A DNA stretch of 64,000 nt, taken from NCBI RefSeq assembly GCF_009914755.1, contig NC_060948.1, one strand, 5' to 3'. The stretch comes from the human T2T-CHM13v2.0 reference genome, Homo sapiens. The position numbers were made by a program, and so were the translations under genes. Shown one piece after another: positions 20,345 through 41,900 of this stretch (position 1 is its first letter; each line of letters opens with the position of its first letter). The notes under the pieces are model-generated. The model saw nothing but the letters and a program-made list of their open reading frames with translations. It had not been told where the DNA came from and made no database searches.

Positions 20345-20815
20345 CTAACAGTGCTGGGTGGAATAACTTGCTAGCCACACACAGAGAATGAAACTGGATC
20401 CTTACCTTTCACCACATATAAAAATTAACTCAAGATGGACTAAATATTTAAATGTACGATGTCAAACTATAAAAAAAGAAAACCTAGAAAATACCCTTCT
20501 CAACGCTGGTTTTGCAAAACAATTTTTAACTATGTCCCTAAATGCAACTGCAACAAAAATGAAAATTGATAAGTGGGACCCAATTCAGGTATGGAGCTTC
20601 AGCACAGCAAAATAAACAAACAAAAACTATCAACAGAGTAAACAGACAAGCTACAAAATGGGATAAATTATTGGTGAACTATGCATCTGACCAAGGTCTA
20701 ATATCCAGAATCTACAAAGAACTTAACAAATCAACAAGCAAAAAACAAATGACCGCACTAAAAAATGGACAAAGGTTATGAAAAGGGTATGTCTACTAAA
20801 AAGAGGACATTACAG

Positions 20816-21241
<426 letters not shown>

Positions 21242-21840
21242 TCATCTGGGGTTGGGAGTTTGAGACCACCCTGACCAATGTGGAGAAACCCTGTCTCTAC
21301 TAAAAATACAAAATTAGCGGGGTGTGGTGGCACATGCCTGTAATACCAGCTACTCGGGAAGCTGAGGCAGAAGAATCGCTTGAACCTGGGAGGGGGTTGC
21401 AGTGAGCTGGAGATCGTGCAATTGCACTCCAGTCTGGGCAACAAGAATGAAAGTCCGTCTCAGAAAAAAAAAAGGAAAGTGTTCAATCATCACTAATTAT
21501 CAAAGAATTGCAAATCAAAATCGCAATGAGATACTATCTCACATTAGTCAGAATGACTACTATTAAAAATAGCCAAAAACAAAAACAAAAACAAAAAAAC
21601 CCAACACATGCTGGCGAGGATGTGAAGAAAATGGAAGGCTTATACGCTGTTCATGGGTATATAAATTAGTTTAGCCACTGTGGAAAGCAGTTTGGAGAAT
21701 TCTCAAAGAACCTAAAATAGAGCTACCATTTGACCCAGCAATCTCATTACTGGGTATCTACCCAGTGGAAAACAGAGCATTCTACAAAAATAGACATGCA
21801 CTCTTTTGTTCATCATCATTGCGCTATTCACAATAGCAAA

Positions 21841-22481
21841 TGTGGCAAGCCAGGTCTCATTAACAGCTGAACAGGCAGGCCTCCATCACAACTGTTTCAG
21901 CACTGACTGAGTGGTTAATTTAAATGTTAAAAGCTGAAAGAGTCAGTGCCCTCACATAAAGGCTGGAATGTAACAAAAGTCCATCAAGAGTTTTGCCCAG
22001 GCCTTTTCTGGGCCTTGTAGATAACAAGATAACAAATTCTTAACAGAATCTGTTTAGGATTAAATGAGTTTTGATTGGGGATCTGAAGAAACTCCCCAGA
22101 CCTACACAAACAAGTTTTATTGGTGGTCTAAAGAAACTCCCTAAACCTCCACGATTTAGCAGGAAACAGGATAAAGGTCTTCAGCACCTGGACACATCTA
22201 GATTAAGTAAATTTACTGAGGCTCCAGAGGAAGGTCTTCAAAACTGAGACCCCTCGGTTATAAATTAGAAGCTGTTGATCACTTATGAGTTTAGATGAAT
22301 GCACACTACACATTGACATATAACTTAGAAAGTATAAGCTCTAGAATACTTTGTAATTTTCCTGGCTTTTTCCCTGTACCCGGTTACTTCAGAAATAAAT
22401 GCTCTTCTTTCCCAGTTTATCTGCATCTCATTACTGGCCCATGAGAATAAGCAGCCCAATCATCGGTTTCGTCTGGGAACA
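21841..22481 (+). mobile_element. Solo ERV1 LTR, PABL_A-like, inserted in an L1
   Basis: TG...CA ends, 641 bp, 4-bp TSD caaa; the L1 sequence resumes seamlessly (caatagcaaa|gacat). Family name from recall. Confidence 0.7.
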
Positions 22482-22955
22482 CAAAGACATAAAATCAACT
22501 TAGGTGCTCATCAGTGTTGGATTGGATAAAGAAAATGTGGTGTATACAGACAATGGAACACTATGGAGTCAAAAAAAGAACAAAATGATGTCCTTTGCAG
22601 CAACATGGATGTAGCTGGTGGCCATAATTCTAAGTGAATTTACTCAGAAACAGAAGACCAAGTGTTGCAGTTTCTCCCTTATAAGTGGGAGCTAAACACT
22701 GAGTACATATGGACATAAATGTGAGCTAGATGTGAGAGGAAAGGAGGTGGGGCATGAGCTAAAAACTACTTATTGTGGGGTACTATGTTCACCTCCTGGG
22801 AGTATTAAACCCAAGTGACAAATCTGCACATAAACCCTCTGTCTTTAAAATAGAAGATGTATTTTACAAATAAAGAAAGGGCCAGGCGCAGGTGGATCAC
22901 GAAGTCAGGAGATTGAGACCATACTGGCTAACACAGTTAAACCCCGTCTCTACTA

Positions 22956-23372
<417 letters not shown>

Positions 23373-23876
23373 TTATCTTGGATCACATACAAAATTAACT
23401 TGAAATAGATCAGAGACTCAAACGTAAGAGTTAAAACTATAAAATTGTGAGAACAAGAGAAAATGCTGTGACATGGTATTCGGCCATGATTTCTTAAACT
23501 TCAAAAGAATGTGTCAACAAAGTAAGTAAATAAACTGGACTTCACAAAAATTAAAAATTTATCAAATGACACTATTACCAAAACAGCAAAATTACAATAA
23601 ACAAAATTGGAGAAAATACTTGTAAAACATTGTAAATCATTGCAAATACTTGTAAATTCTCTTGGGCAACGCCAGTGGGAATTAACATGGTGCGGGCACT
23701 GAGCAGAACAATATAGTCGTCCTTTAAAAAGTTCAGCAAGTAATTACCACACAATCCAGCGGCTGTAGAGACTAGAACACGTAATTTACATCAATTTTCA
23801 GAGCAGCTGTACTCAACACAGTAACTCAAATGTGCATAGATAAACAAAATGTGGTACATACTTAATGGAGTTACTA

Positions 23877-30565
<6,689 letters not shown>

Positions 30566-30989
30566 AACTAATGATGAGTTATTGTTTCATGGGGTCAGAG
30601 TTTCAGTTTCAGATGATAAAAAGGTGCTCCAGATGCATAGTGGTTTTGGCTGCACAATAACATGAATAACCAATGCCACGGAATTTAACAAAAATTGTTA
30701 AATCATTACTTTTCTGTTTACCATATAATAAAAAATCCTAAAAATATACTATTTTCACAGCAGAATCAGATTCCTGTGATATCAATGTGATGAAAACATA
30801 AAATGAGGTCAGAATTTTAAACATTTTCTGGAGGTCAATGATATTAACAAATTATAAATTTGAAACTTTCAACAACATATTTTTCAGCCATAAAACTTTC
30901 ATTAAGTTTTAAGGAACAGCTTTATAAAAAAGTTAGTTTTCTACATTCTTTCATCTGATATAGTAAAATGCAGTTCGATTTTATAATTT

Positions 30990-31288
30990 CATTTATTTTC
31001 TTTTTTTGAGATGAAGTCTCACTCTGTCAACCAGGCTGGAGTGCAGTGGCACAATCTCAGTTCACTGCAACCTCTGCCTCCTGGTTTCAAGTGATTCTCC
31101 TCCCTCAGACTTAAGAGCAGCTTGGAATACAGGCACCCGCCACCACACAGGGCTAATTTTTGTATTTTTGTAGAGATGGGTTTTACCATGTTGGCTAGGC
31201 CGGTCTTGAACTCCTGACCCCAAGTGATCCGCCTGCCTCAGCCTCCCAAATTGGTGGTTTTACAGGCATGAGCCATTGCACCTGGCCA
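30990..31288 (-). mobile_element. Alu
   Basis: Reverse-complement Alu dimer. Confidence 0.9.
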
Positions 31289-31755
31289 AATTTGTAATTT
31301 AAAGGGGCCATATTAAGAACAAACAATTCAAACAAATATTTGAGAAATATAATTGTGGTTGCATATGCTTAACTATTTTCTTAATTTTTTTGAAAAAATT
31401 CAAAAACTCTTATTTCTAACAATTCTGTTTCTCCTCATTTACTATTAGGTGTTTTACTAACCACTGTCCTGTTTAAGATACTGTTTTTCAATTTTCCATG
31501 TATTTTTGACACATTTCTGTAAATTTCTTCTACAATTGTTTTAGAGATGACAAGTAATAGAGGAAGACTGCTAATGCTTCCAAAGAAAAATTATCCAGAT
31601 AAAGTAAAATATGAACATCTCTTCATGGCTGAGTAAATACCTGAGCTGACCAGATAATTTTCTTCATATTAAGTATCATTCTGCAAACAGTAAGTAGGCT
31701 TAGTTTATCATTAAAATAAAAAATTCCAAAAATAAGGTAGATGTAAAGTAGGAAC

Positions 31756-31761
31756 TTTATT
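31756..31761 (-). terminator. Polyadenylation signal for the Alu terminal exon
   Basis: AATAAA on the minus strand about 57 nt after the stop codon at 31818. Confidence 0.65.
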
Positions 31762-31817
31762 TCTCCATTAGCAATGTGTGTTTTACATACTGTAATTTTG
31801 CTTACATTTTTAAAAGT

Positions 31818-32155
<338 letters not shown>

Positions 32156-32234
32156 TTAAAAACATACTATTAACAGTATGCACTAGACAATAATTATGAA
32201 AGTAATATGCACTATTAAAAAATAGCAACAATTA

Positions 32235-32489
<255 letters not shown>

Positions 32490-32777
32490 TCAGTAAAGTT
32501 GTATTCAGTTCAATTAAAATGTCAAAGTATTTTTAAAAACTTTATCAGTTTCCCTTAAGAGGGCTCCAACCATTTGGTATCAGAGTTACACAGCAGGTCC
32601 TTGAAGCTCTGGCTATATAACCATCATGTCAGGGTGTAGAGGGTGGCAACATTTATAAACATAATCTAATTTTACTTATATTTAATACTCAGAACTTCTT
32701 CAACTATGTAACCTAAATATTGTATGTTGGATAATGATACCAAATATAAATCTAAAATAAAAATCCACCACAATATT

Positions 32778-33081
32778 ATGTTTCAAAAACAATAGTAAAC
32801 CTGTTGCTAGAGTCTAGTATTGCTGAGTATTTTTCATAATAGGGATAAACCATCCTAGCATGAAAGATCAGACAAAACCTGACACCGGAGACTCATTTTC
32901 TTCAAGTGCTTTCTCCAAAAGTTTTTTTTTTTTTAAAAAGGGGAAATGTGAAAGGAAAATATCTTGGGTACCTGAAATCACTATCCTAAAGGGAAAGGTC
33001 AAACTGGGTACTGCTTAGGGCAAACCTGCCTCCATTCTATTCAAAGTCACTCCTCTGTTTACTGAGCTAAATGTATATCTG
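32778..33081 (+). repeat. Local ~300-bp copy of 29953-30254 (MER4 internal end, polypurine tract and LTR start)
   Basis: Colinear match of roughly 90% by eye. Confidence 0.9.
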
Positions 33082-33304
33082 TTATTATCCGTATATATCT
33101 GTATATGATATCTATATTATCACTTGCATCAGTGCTAAAGATGCTTGCTCATGCACAAGAGGTATAAAATTGAGTGAGAAAGAAAGATAACACACATTAA
33201 AATAAAGACTCAGAATGTTGGGGGAAAAAATCAGTGAGTTTCTGTCAGTGTTATAAAAGTTTAAAGATAGTAAAATATATATTCAATCTTGGTTTTAAGC
33301 TTAC

Positions 33305-33410
33305 CTAATTTAAGAGCTCCAGCAAGGCCACGTATTACTGTAACAGGGTTTTTTGGATTTGTACAAAATTGATGTAATGGAGGAAAGAAAGCATCACGTT
33401 TATTTTCCAA
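33305..33410 (-). CDS. UTY: UTY coding exon, 106 bp (exon 19 equivalent)
   Basis: tacag|TTGGAA ... TTAG|gtaagc; [35 protein letters not shown]. Confidence 0.95.
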
Positions 33411-34545
33411 CTGTAAAAGCAAAATATTTTGTTAGGTCTCAGATAAATGACAAAATATACCTCAGATTTGTGCCTTTAATAAAATGATTAAATACAATAC
33501 TTCAAATTTGTGAGTTTTTTTCCATCAATCTGGCTATTAAAAATCTGCAGTGCATCCTAACCTTTGATATTATGTTGCTACATATTACAGTATTGTATCA
33601 TTTGTCTTGTCAGGAAAGTGTGGAGGTAATAGCTAAAAAAAACCCTCTCTTTTAAAAATTACATTTTAAATTTGATTCACTTTAAAACTGTTACCTATCT
33701 CTTATACCACAGTGATTTATAAAATTCTTTTAAATTAGTTGAGTTGTTCGAAAGTATTTCCCAAGCATATTTTTTGAGTTATCTTCTATTGCTTCTTAAA
33801 TGAGACAACAGGTAGAAGAGACATTTAAAGTTTAAAATCAAACTGTTTTATAAACTATTAACAAAACTTTTAGAGAATAAAAACCACAACAGGCAAACCT
33901 TAAATTTGTATTTATTGCCTCAAAGTTTCAACTGAAACGCTTATTTTTAGTCTCTCTTCCATGACTCTTCTAATACCATCGTCAATAAATTTCAACTAGG
34001 TAAAAAATTAATATTGAACATCTGTCCAAAGAAAGGCCAGTATCTCCAAAATCCTCTCGTACAGATCTGTTTCGAGATCATTCTAATTACTGTATCTTCA
34101 TATTTTAGGTTAAGATTCTTTAACTTGTGAAGGAGAATGAAAAAGTTGGGTGACACAAACTCTTCAGAAGGAAAAATACATAAAAATTATTTTGATGAAA
34201 GCCACAGCAGCTTTATCAAATGCTTACGTTGCTAAATAGTAAAAAAAGCCACTTAAATTCCAATGGAAATTTTATACCCACATGTATTTATGTAAAACTT
34301 TTAAATAACATGTATTCATAATCACTTTTATATCCTCAACCAGTTTTTATGAAGCTAGAAAAAAATTCCTTTATTAAAGAAATGTAACATTCAACAGGTA
34401 TACATAACTAGCAGTGTCAGAATTCAGATTTAGAACCATGTTTACTAAAAGCTTACCCTGGAACAATTATCTTTTGCTACTCTCATATAATCCCAGTCAA
34501 TATTTGAGAAGGCCTTAATTTTTCTAGACAAAATCTGTTTGCATA

Positions 34546-34735
34546 TCTGGTGGTCAAGAACCTTTTCTGTCAAAGGCCAGATAATAAATATTTTTGGCTT
34601 TATGGGCAACCTAGTCTCTTTAGCAAACTCTGTCAATGTACTGCAAATGCAATCATAAAGACAGTAACTAAATAAATAAGCATAGTTATGTTCCAATAGA
34701 ATTTTATTTTCAAAAGCAGGTTGGTGGGCAGCACT
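34546..34735. mobile_element. MER58-like hAT non-autonomous DNA element
   Basis: ttttctgtcaaaggccagataataaatatttttggctttatgggc motif. Confidence 0.6.
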
Positions 34736-34912
34736 TCGAGTAAGAGCATTCATTTGTTAAGTGCCCTGAAATATAAACATGTTCTTCTGAAATATTAAAC
34801 CTTTGAGAGTAAAGTCTATGCTCCCTAAGGCAATCTGGCTTGATTTAAAGAATACATCGATTTTCTACAAGACACATTAGTTCAGACTCTCGATTTATTT
34901 ATAAGTTACTCA

Positions 34913-35056
<144 letters not shown>

Positions 35057-36649
35057 TTAAAAAGAAGCAGAAGAAATGTATCAGTTACATATTTATTTTA
35101 AAACTAGAAAAAAAAGAAAATCTGAATTAAAAGTCAGGCATAAGGCATTCACTAAAATACAAACAGTGTAAGATATTCAGATCCATTAAACAAAAAATTG
35201 AGGACTATTAAATTTCAGCAGATGTGTTATAAAAGCTAAACAAAATATACTACACAGAGTGCATGAGCTAAACAAAATACACTACAGAGTACATAAAGTG
35301 TTGACAAAATTCCTCGTTATTCATTTTCCAATTTGCTTTCTCATATCAAACATTAATATAAACTCAAATTTCTCTCCAACATGTGCCACCGTTAAATGTT
35401 CTCCATAAAATGATAAAACAGTTGATCAAGAAGTGATTTACGTATCCTTAATATCATAGTATATCTCCTTTCTGACACTGCATCTTAGTAATTATTTCTA
35501 GAATACCATTGTGACAACTTTCAAATCCAGAAAGCTCATTAGTTTCATCCTCAAGACTTGTTTTCTGTGGAATTAGCAAATAATGAGATTCCATTTACTA
35601 AACTTTCACATCTTATAATTTTAAGTGAAGTGTGTAGTTGCTCTGTGTTGTCACACTGTTCATAATCATTACTTAACAGTATTTGGATTTTTCCTTTAAT
35701 GAAAGGTATAGTATTTGTTAAATTATTAATATAAATTCTTAAAATATGGTAAAATTACTTCCATAATCCAATTCTTCTTTTAGTATGCAAATAAGAAGTA
35801 TATTCCTAAACCTTAATATTTTAACAAATTCAGAAAATTGGCAAGCCTTTCAAATTATTCAAGCTGTCTCACCTAATTATTAAAATTCTAAAATAATCAA
35901 TGCATTAAAATATCAAAGGAATGAGCTCTTAAAAATGTTAATATTTCAGACAAAAATCTGAAAACTCTGTTTTGGAAAGTAAAAAATACATTACATCAGT
36001 AACCGCATTTATTTCAGAATCAATTATGTTTTTATTTCAATATATAGAATAATAAAAGCTGAAGCAAAAGCTTGTTTTGCTTTATTTTCCTACACAGAAA
36101 AAAACTTTCAAGTCATGCCTCTGTGGTTGGACTAATAAAAATGAAACTTTGAAATGCAACATATACACTTTTAAGATGTCATAGTAAACAGCTGTTAGGG
36201 TGTATAACCTTTTTAAACAACTAAAAAGGTCTTATGCATTTTTAAGTTATGAATTAGGTTAGAAATTTGACTTCTCTATTTTTTAAATAAAAAATGTGCA
36301 AATATCTATTAAACATTTACATTTAACTACCTATTACATTCTAAAGTAGTATCTAGATTTCAGTCTCTCTCCACAAAGCATAATGACCCATAGGTTTAGT
36401 TATAAATGATACATGTTAAGCTTTAAAACTTAAATACGGAACTGAACCTAATTCATAAACTCCTTAGAATTTCTGTTTTAAACACATAGAATATACTTTG
36501 TGAAGAGACAATTCAAGTATTCTCACTATACCAGTACTTAATTGTACTAAATTTGGTGAAGTATTTAATTGTACTAGAAATTTCTTTATGTTAATTTCTT
36601 GTAGTATCAAAAATTATTTGAACAACCACCTCCGTAAAAAAAGAGACTA

Positions 36650-36980
<331 letters not shown>

Positions 36981-38938
36981 CTAAGAAATTGGGATTTACT
37001 GTAGAATTCTGTTGTTGTAATTTCTACAGTCTATAAAAGAAAAAACAGTGGATATATAGGAAGCTAAAGCAATGGAAAATATAGATACCTAAATGTGAAA
37101 AAAGAAAGAAAAAGATGAGGCATGAGCAGAAGAGTCATGATTCAATCACTAACACATGATATCACTTAATTTATTTGAATTCAGTTTTCTCCCCAGAATG
37201 GATGCTATTATCAACTGACTGAATTGGTGTGCACATAGAAACTATCATTTCTCATTCTGGCTTTTTCTCTACAACTCAGAATAATTTTATTCCCAACTTT
37301 AGAATCCATCCTTTTATTCTCTTTCTTTCTGTGATTGTTTTCTTTTTCTTTCTTAATTTCTCTCTTATTTTCTTTTTGGTATGTTACCTTCACTAGCAAA
37401 TTGGAAGCTACATTTATTGGAATAGTGTTTCAGCCACAGATACTTACAATATTTTAAAGATACACTATTTACAGCTTTTAAAAATAAAATTATCCATTTC
37501 TGGTAAGGTAAAGTCCTTTTACCTTGTCTAACCCAAAAATAACTCTTTAAGAACGCATTTTATTATAAAGTGATTGTTTATATACACCTCAAAATGAGAT
37601 AGATTAAAATCTATAGTCCATTAAGAAATATAAAACATATCAATTTATTTAATTATTATTTTGCAAAAAAATTATCATCACTACTCCATTACTGCTCCCC
37701 AAGGTTGTCGCAATCATAAATTATATACAAGCAAGAAATTTTGATTTCATCTTAGACGCTGATCAGTTAATATACATTTAATGGCTGACACACGATGGTT
37801 TCTAATAAAATAATCTAAATGCCTGAGAGTCTAATCAATGCTTAGATACAGTCATAGAGAAAAAACACGTGACATCTTAAGATCTCACAGTATGAGGAAA
37901 AGAGTTATATAATCGTGAAGCAAAAATTGTTTTCAAATTTGAAGTTTAAAAACTTTTTAATAAAATGACCAAAGTAGATTAAAAATAATGTTTAGATTGT
38001 CTAGTTATAGGTTATTTATTTTCTGTTAATTTGCATCTAATTTCAGAAAGCTCTTTTATGAATCTAATAAAACCAATATATTATTGTTAAAATTTCGAGG
38101 TTTAGGTACTAAAAATATAGAAGTAATACAGTATGTGTTTTAGGCATGCGAAATGACTTTCACTTACATTTTATACTCTTCTATACAGAACATTTATAAG
38201 AGTTAAGATAACTTATTAAGATTTAATTTTATTGTGTTTAAAGTCTATGTTAGGTTTGTCTTTGAGGCAGTCCAAACTCTGTAAAACTGACTGTGATAAT
38301 GATTGCACACATCTGGTAATCTGCTAAAACCAAATGAACTGTAAACACTACATGACCAAACCGTATAGTATGTGAATTATATCTCAATAAAGCTGTTTTT
38401 TTAAAAAGGTGGATTAGGCTCTTTGAGGTAATCGATGTGTTGGCTTAATATCAAAGAAAGTGTTCCTGATTCTTTTTTGAGGGAAGGGAATGAAAACCAA
38501 TTTTTAAACAAACATGTGAACCCCCATTGCTTAAAACAGTAGCACAATATAGCAAGTCTTACCAGACTGCCTGCATTCTCCGTGCATTTCCTGTCTCTCC
38601 TGAAACTATGTAACTTCTAGACTCTGACAAAATGTTTTCTAAAATGTAAGCAAAGACTAGCCTTAATAATCAGTAAGGCCTATTCCTACTCTTAACATTC
38701 TACAGCTCTAACTAAAAAGGAAACAAACAATAGGATATTCCAGGCTTTGCTGTTCCCTATGTGAGGACTTCCCTTATTGTCTTTCAATTCCCAGAATGAG
38801 GTTTATCACAGAGAAACTGATGATCCTAATAACCAATAAAGGTTTGTAACACTAGAAAAAGACATAATCTCGCAGATAAAGCAGTTCACAGAAAAATGTT
38901 TTCCATATCTAATACAGTGATAAGATAAAACCAGTGTT

Positions 38939-41900
38939 TCCACAATGGCCAAATAGGAACAGCTCCAGTCGGCAGCTCCCAGCGAGACCAACACAGAAAG
39001 AGGGTGATTTCTGCATTTCCAACTGAGGTACCCAGTTTATCTCACTGGGACTGGTAAGACAGTGGGTGCAGCCCACAGAGGGCAAACAGAAGCAGGGTGG
39101 GGGCACCACCCCACTCAGGAAGTGCAAAGAGCCCAGGGACCTCCCTCCCTCAGCCAAGGGAAGCTATGAGGGACTGTGCTATCTGGCCCAGATATTATAA
39201 TTTTACCAGTTTTTGCAATCCGCAGATGAGGAGATTCCCTCGTGTGCTTATACCACAAGGGTCCTGGGTTTCAAGCACAAAACTGAGCGGCTGTTTGGGC
39301 AGACACGGAGCTAGTTGCAGGAGTTTTCTTTGCACCCCACTGGTGCCCAAAACCCAAGAGAAACAGAACCATTCACTCCACTGGAAAAGGAGCTGAAGCC
39401 AGGCAGCCAAGTGGTCTCACTCAGCAATGCCCAGCAAACTAAGATCTACTGGCTTGAAATTCTCACTGCCAGCACAGCAGTCTTAAGTCAACCTGGGAAT
39501 GACTAAGCTTGGTACAGGGAGAGGCATCTGCTTTCCTGGGGCTTCAGCAGGCAGTTTTCCCTTTGGCAGTGCTAAGGAGGCCAGGCGGTTTGGATTGGGT
39601 GGAATTCATCACAGCGCAGCCAAGAGGCTGGGGCCAGACTGCCTCTCAAGATTCCTCCTCACTGGGTAGGGCATCTCTGAAAGAGAGGCAGCTGCCCCAC
39701 TCAGGGGCTTTCAGATAAAACTCTCATCTCCCTGGGACAGAACACCTGGGGGAAGGGGTGGCTGTGGGCACAGCTTCAACGGGCTTAAACTTTTGTGTCT
39801 GACAGCTCTGAAGAGAGCAGTTGATCCTGATAAAAAGGATTCTCTCAGCACAAGGCTTAAGCACTGCTATAGGACAAACTGCCTCCTCAGGTGAGGCCCT
39901 GACACCTATGCCTCCTGACTGGGAGAGACCTCACACAGGACTGATCCAGCTGGGATCAAGCCAGTGCCCCTCTGGGACAAAGGCAGCAATCTTTGCTGTT
40001 CTGCAGCCTGCACCTGATACCCAGGCAAAAAGGGTCTGGAGTGAATCTCCAGAACACTGCAGAAGATGGGCCTGTTAGAAGAAAAAACAACGTCATCAAT
40101 AAAAAGGACCTTCACACAAAAGCCCCACCCAAAGGTCATCAGCCTCAAAGATCAAAGGCAGATAAATCCACGAAGATGAGGAAAAACCAGTGCAAAAAAT
40201 GCTGAAAATTCTAAAAACCAGCATGCCTGTTCTATCCAAAGGATCACAACTCTTCTCCAGCAAGGGCACAGAACTGGACAGAAAATGAGACTGACAATTT
40301 GACAGAAGTAGGTTTTAGAAGGTGGTTAATAACAAACTCATCTGAGCTAAAGGAGTTAAAGAACCTTGATAAAAGATTACAGGAAATGCTAACTAGAATA
40401 ACCAGTTTTTAGAGAGGAACATAAATGACCTGATGGAGCTGAAAAACACAGCATGAGAACTTTGTGAAACATACAGAAGAATCAACAGCTGAACTGATCA
40501 ATTGAAAGAAAGATATCAGAGATTGAAGATCAACTTACTGAAATAGGAGTGAAGACATTATTAGATAAAAAAGAATAAAAAGGAATGAACAAAGCCTCAA
40601 AAAAAACAGGACTATGTGAAAAGACCAAACCTATGATTGACTGATGTACCTGGAATTGATGGAAAGAATGGAACCAAGTTGGAAAAAGCACTTCAGGATA
40701 ATTTTGAAGAAATGGATAAATTCCTGGAGACATACAGTCTCTCAAGACTAAACCAGCAGAATTCCAATCTCTGAATGGAACAATAACAAATTCTGAAATT
40801 GAGGCTGTGATAAATAGCCTACCAATCAAAAAAGGCCAAGGGCCAGGATTCACAGCCAAATTCTACCAGACGTACAAAAAGGAGCTGGTACTATTCCTTC
40901 TGAAACTATTTCACACAATAAAAAAATAGGGACTCCTCCCTAACTCACTTTATGAGGCCAGCATCATCCTGATACCAAAACCTGGCAGAGATACAAGAAA
41001 AAAACAAAACAAATCCGGCCAATATCCCTGATGAACATTGATGAAGAAATCTTCAATACAGGCAAACCAAATCCAGCAGCACATCAAAAAGCTTATCCAC
41101 CACAATCAAGTTGGCTTCATTCCTGGGATGAAAGCCTGGTTCAACATAACACAAATCAATAAACGTAATCCATCACATAAACAGAATCTATGATAAAACC
41201 CACATGATTATTTCAAGATATGCAAAAAAGGCTTTAATAAAATTCAACATCCCTTCATCCTAAAAATTCTCAATAAACTAGGTATTGATGGAACATGTCT
41301 CAATAAGAGCTATTTATGGCAAACCCATAGCCAATATCATATGGAATGTGCAAAAGCTAGAAGCACTCCCTTTGAAAACCACTACAAGACAAGGATGCCC
41401 TCTCTCACCATACCTATTCAACATAGTATTCAAAGTTGTGGCCAGGGGAATCAGGCAAGAGAAGGAAATAAAGGGTATTCATATAGGAAGAGAGGAAGTC
41501 AAATTGTCTCTGTTTGCAGATGACATGATTGTATATTTAGAAAACCCCATCATCTCAGCCCCAAAACTGCTTATAAGCTGATATGCAACTTCAGCAAAGT
41601 CTCAGGATACAAAATCAATGTGCAAAAATCACAAGCATTCCTATACACCAGTCATAGACAAAAAGAGCCAAACCATGCATGAACTCGCATTCACAATTGC
41701 TACAGAGAATTAAATACCTATGAATACAACTTATGAGCACCACTTCAAGGAGAACTACAAACCAGTGGTCCAGGAAACAAGAGAGGACACAAACAAATGG
41801 AAAAACAGTCCATGCTCATGGATAGGAAGAACCAATATAGTGAAAATGACGTGCCCAAAGTAATTTATAGATTCAATGCTGTACCCATAAAGCTACCATT

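Noticed and set aside
34445-34753. 102-aa ORF
   Set aside because: Overlaps a MER58-like element; no recognisable domain.
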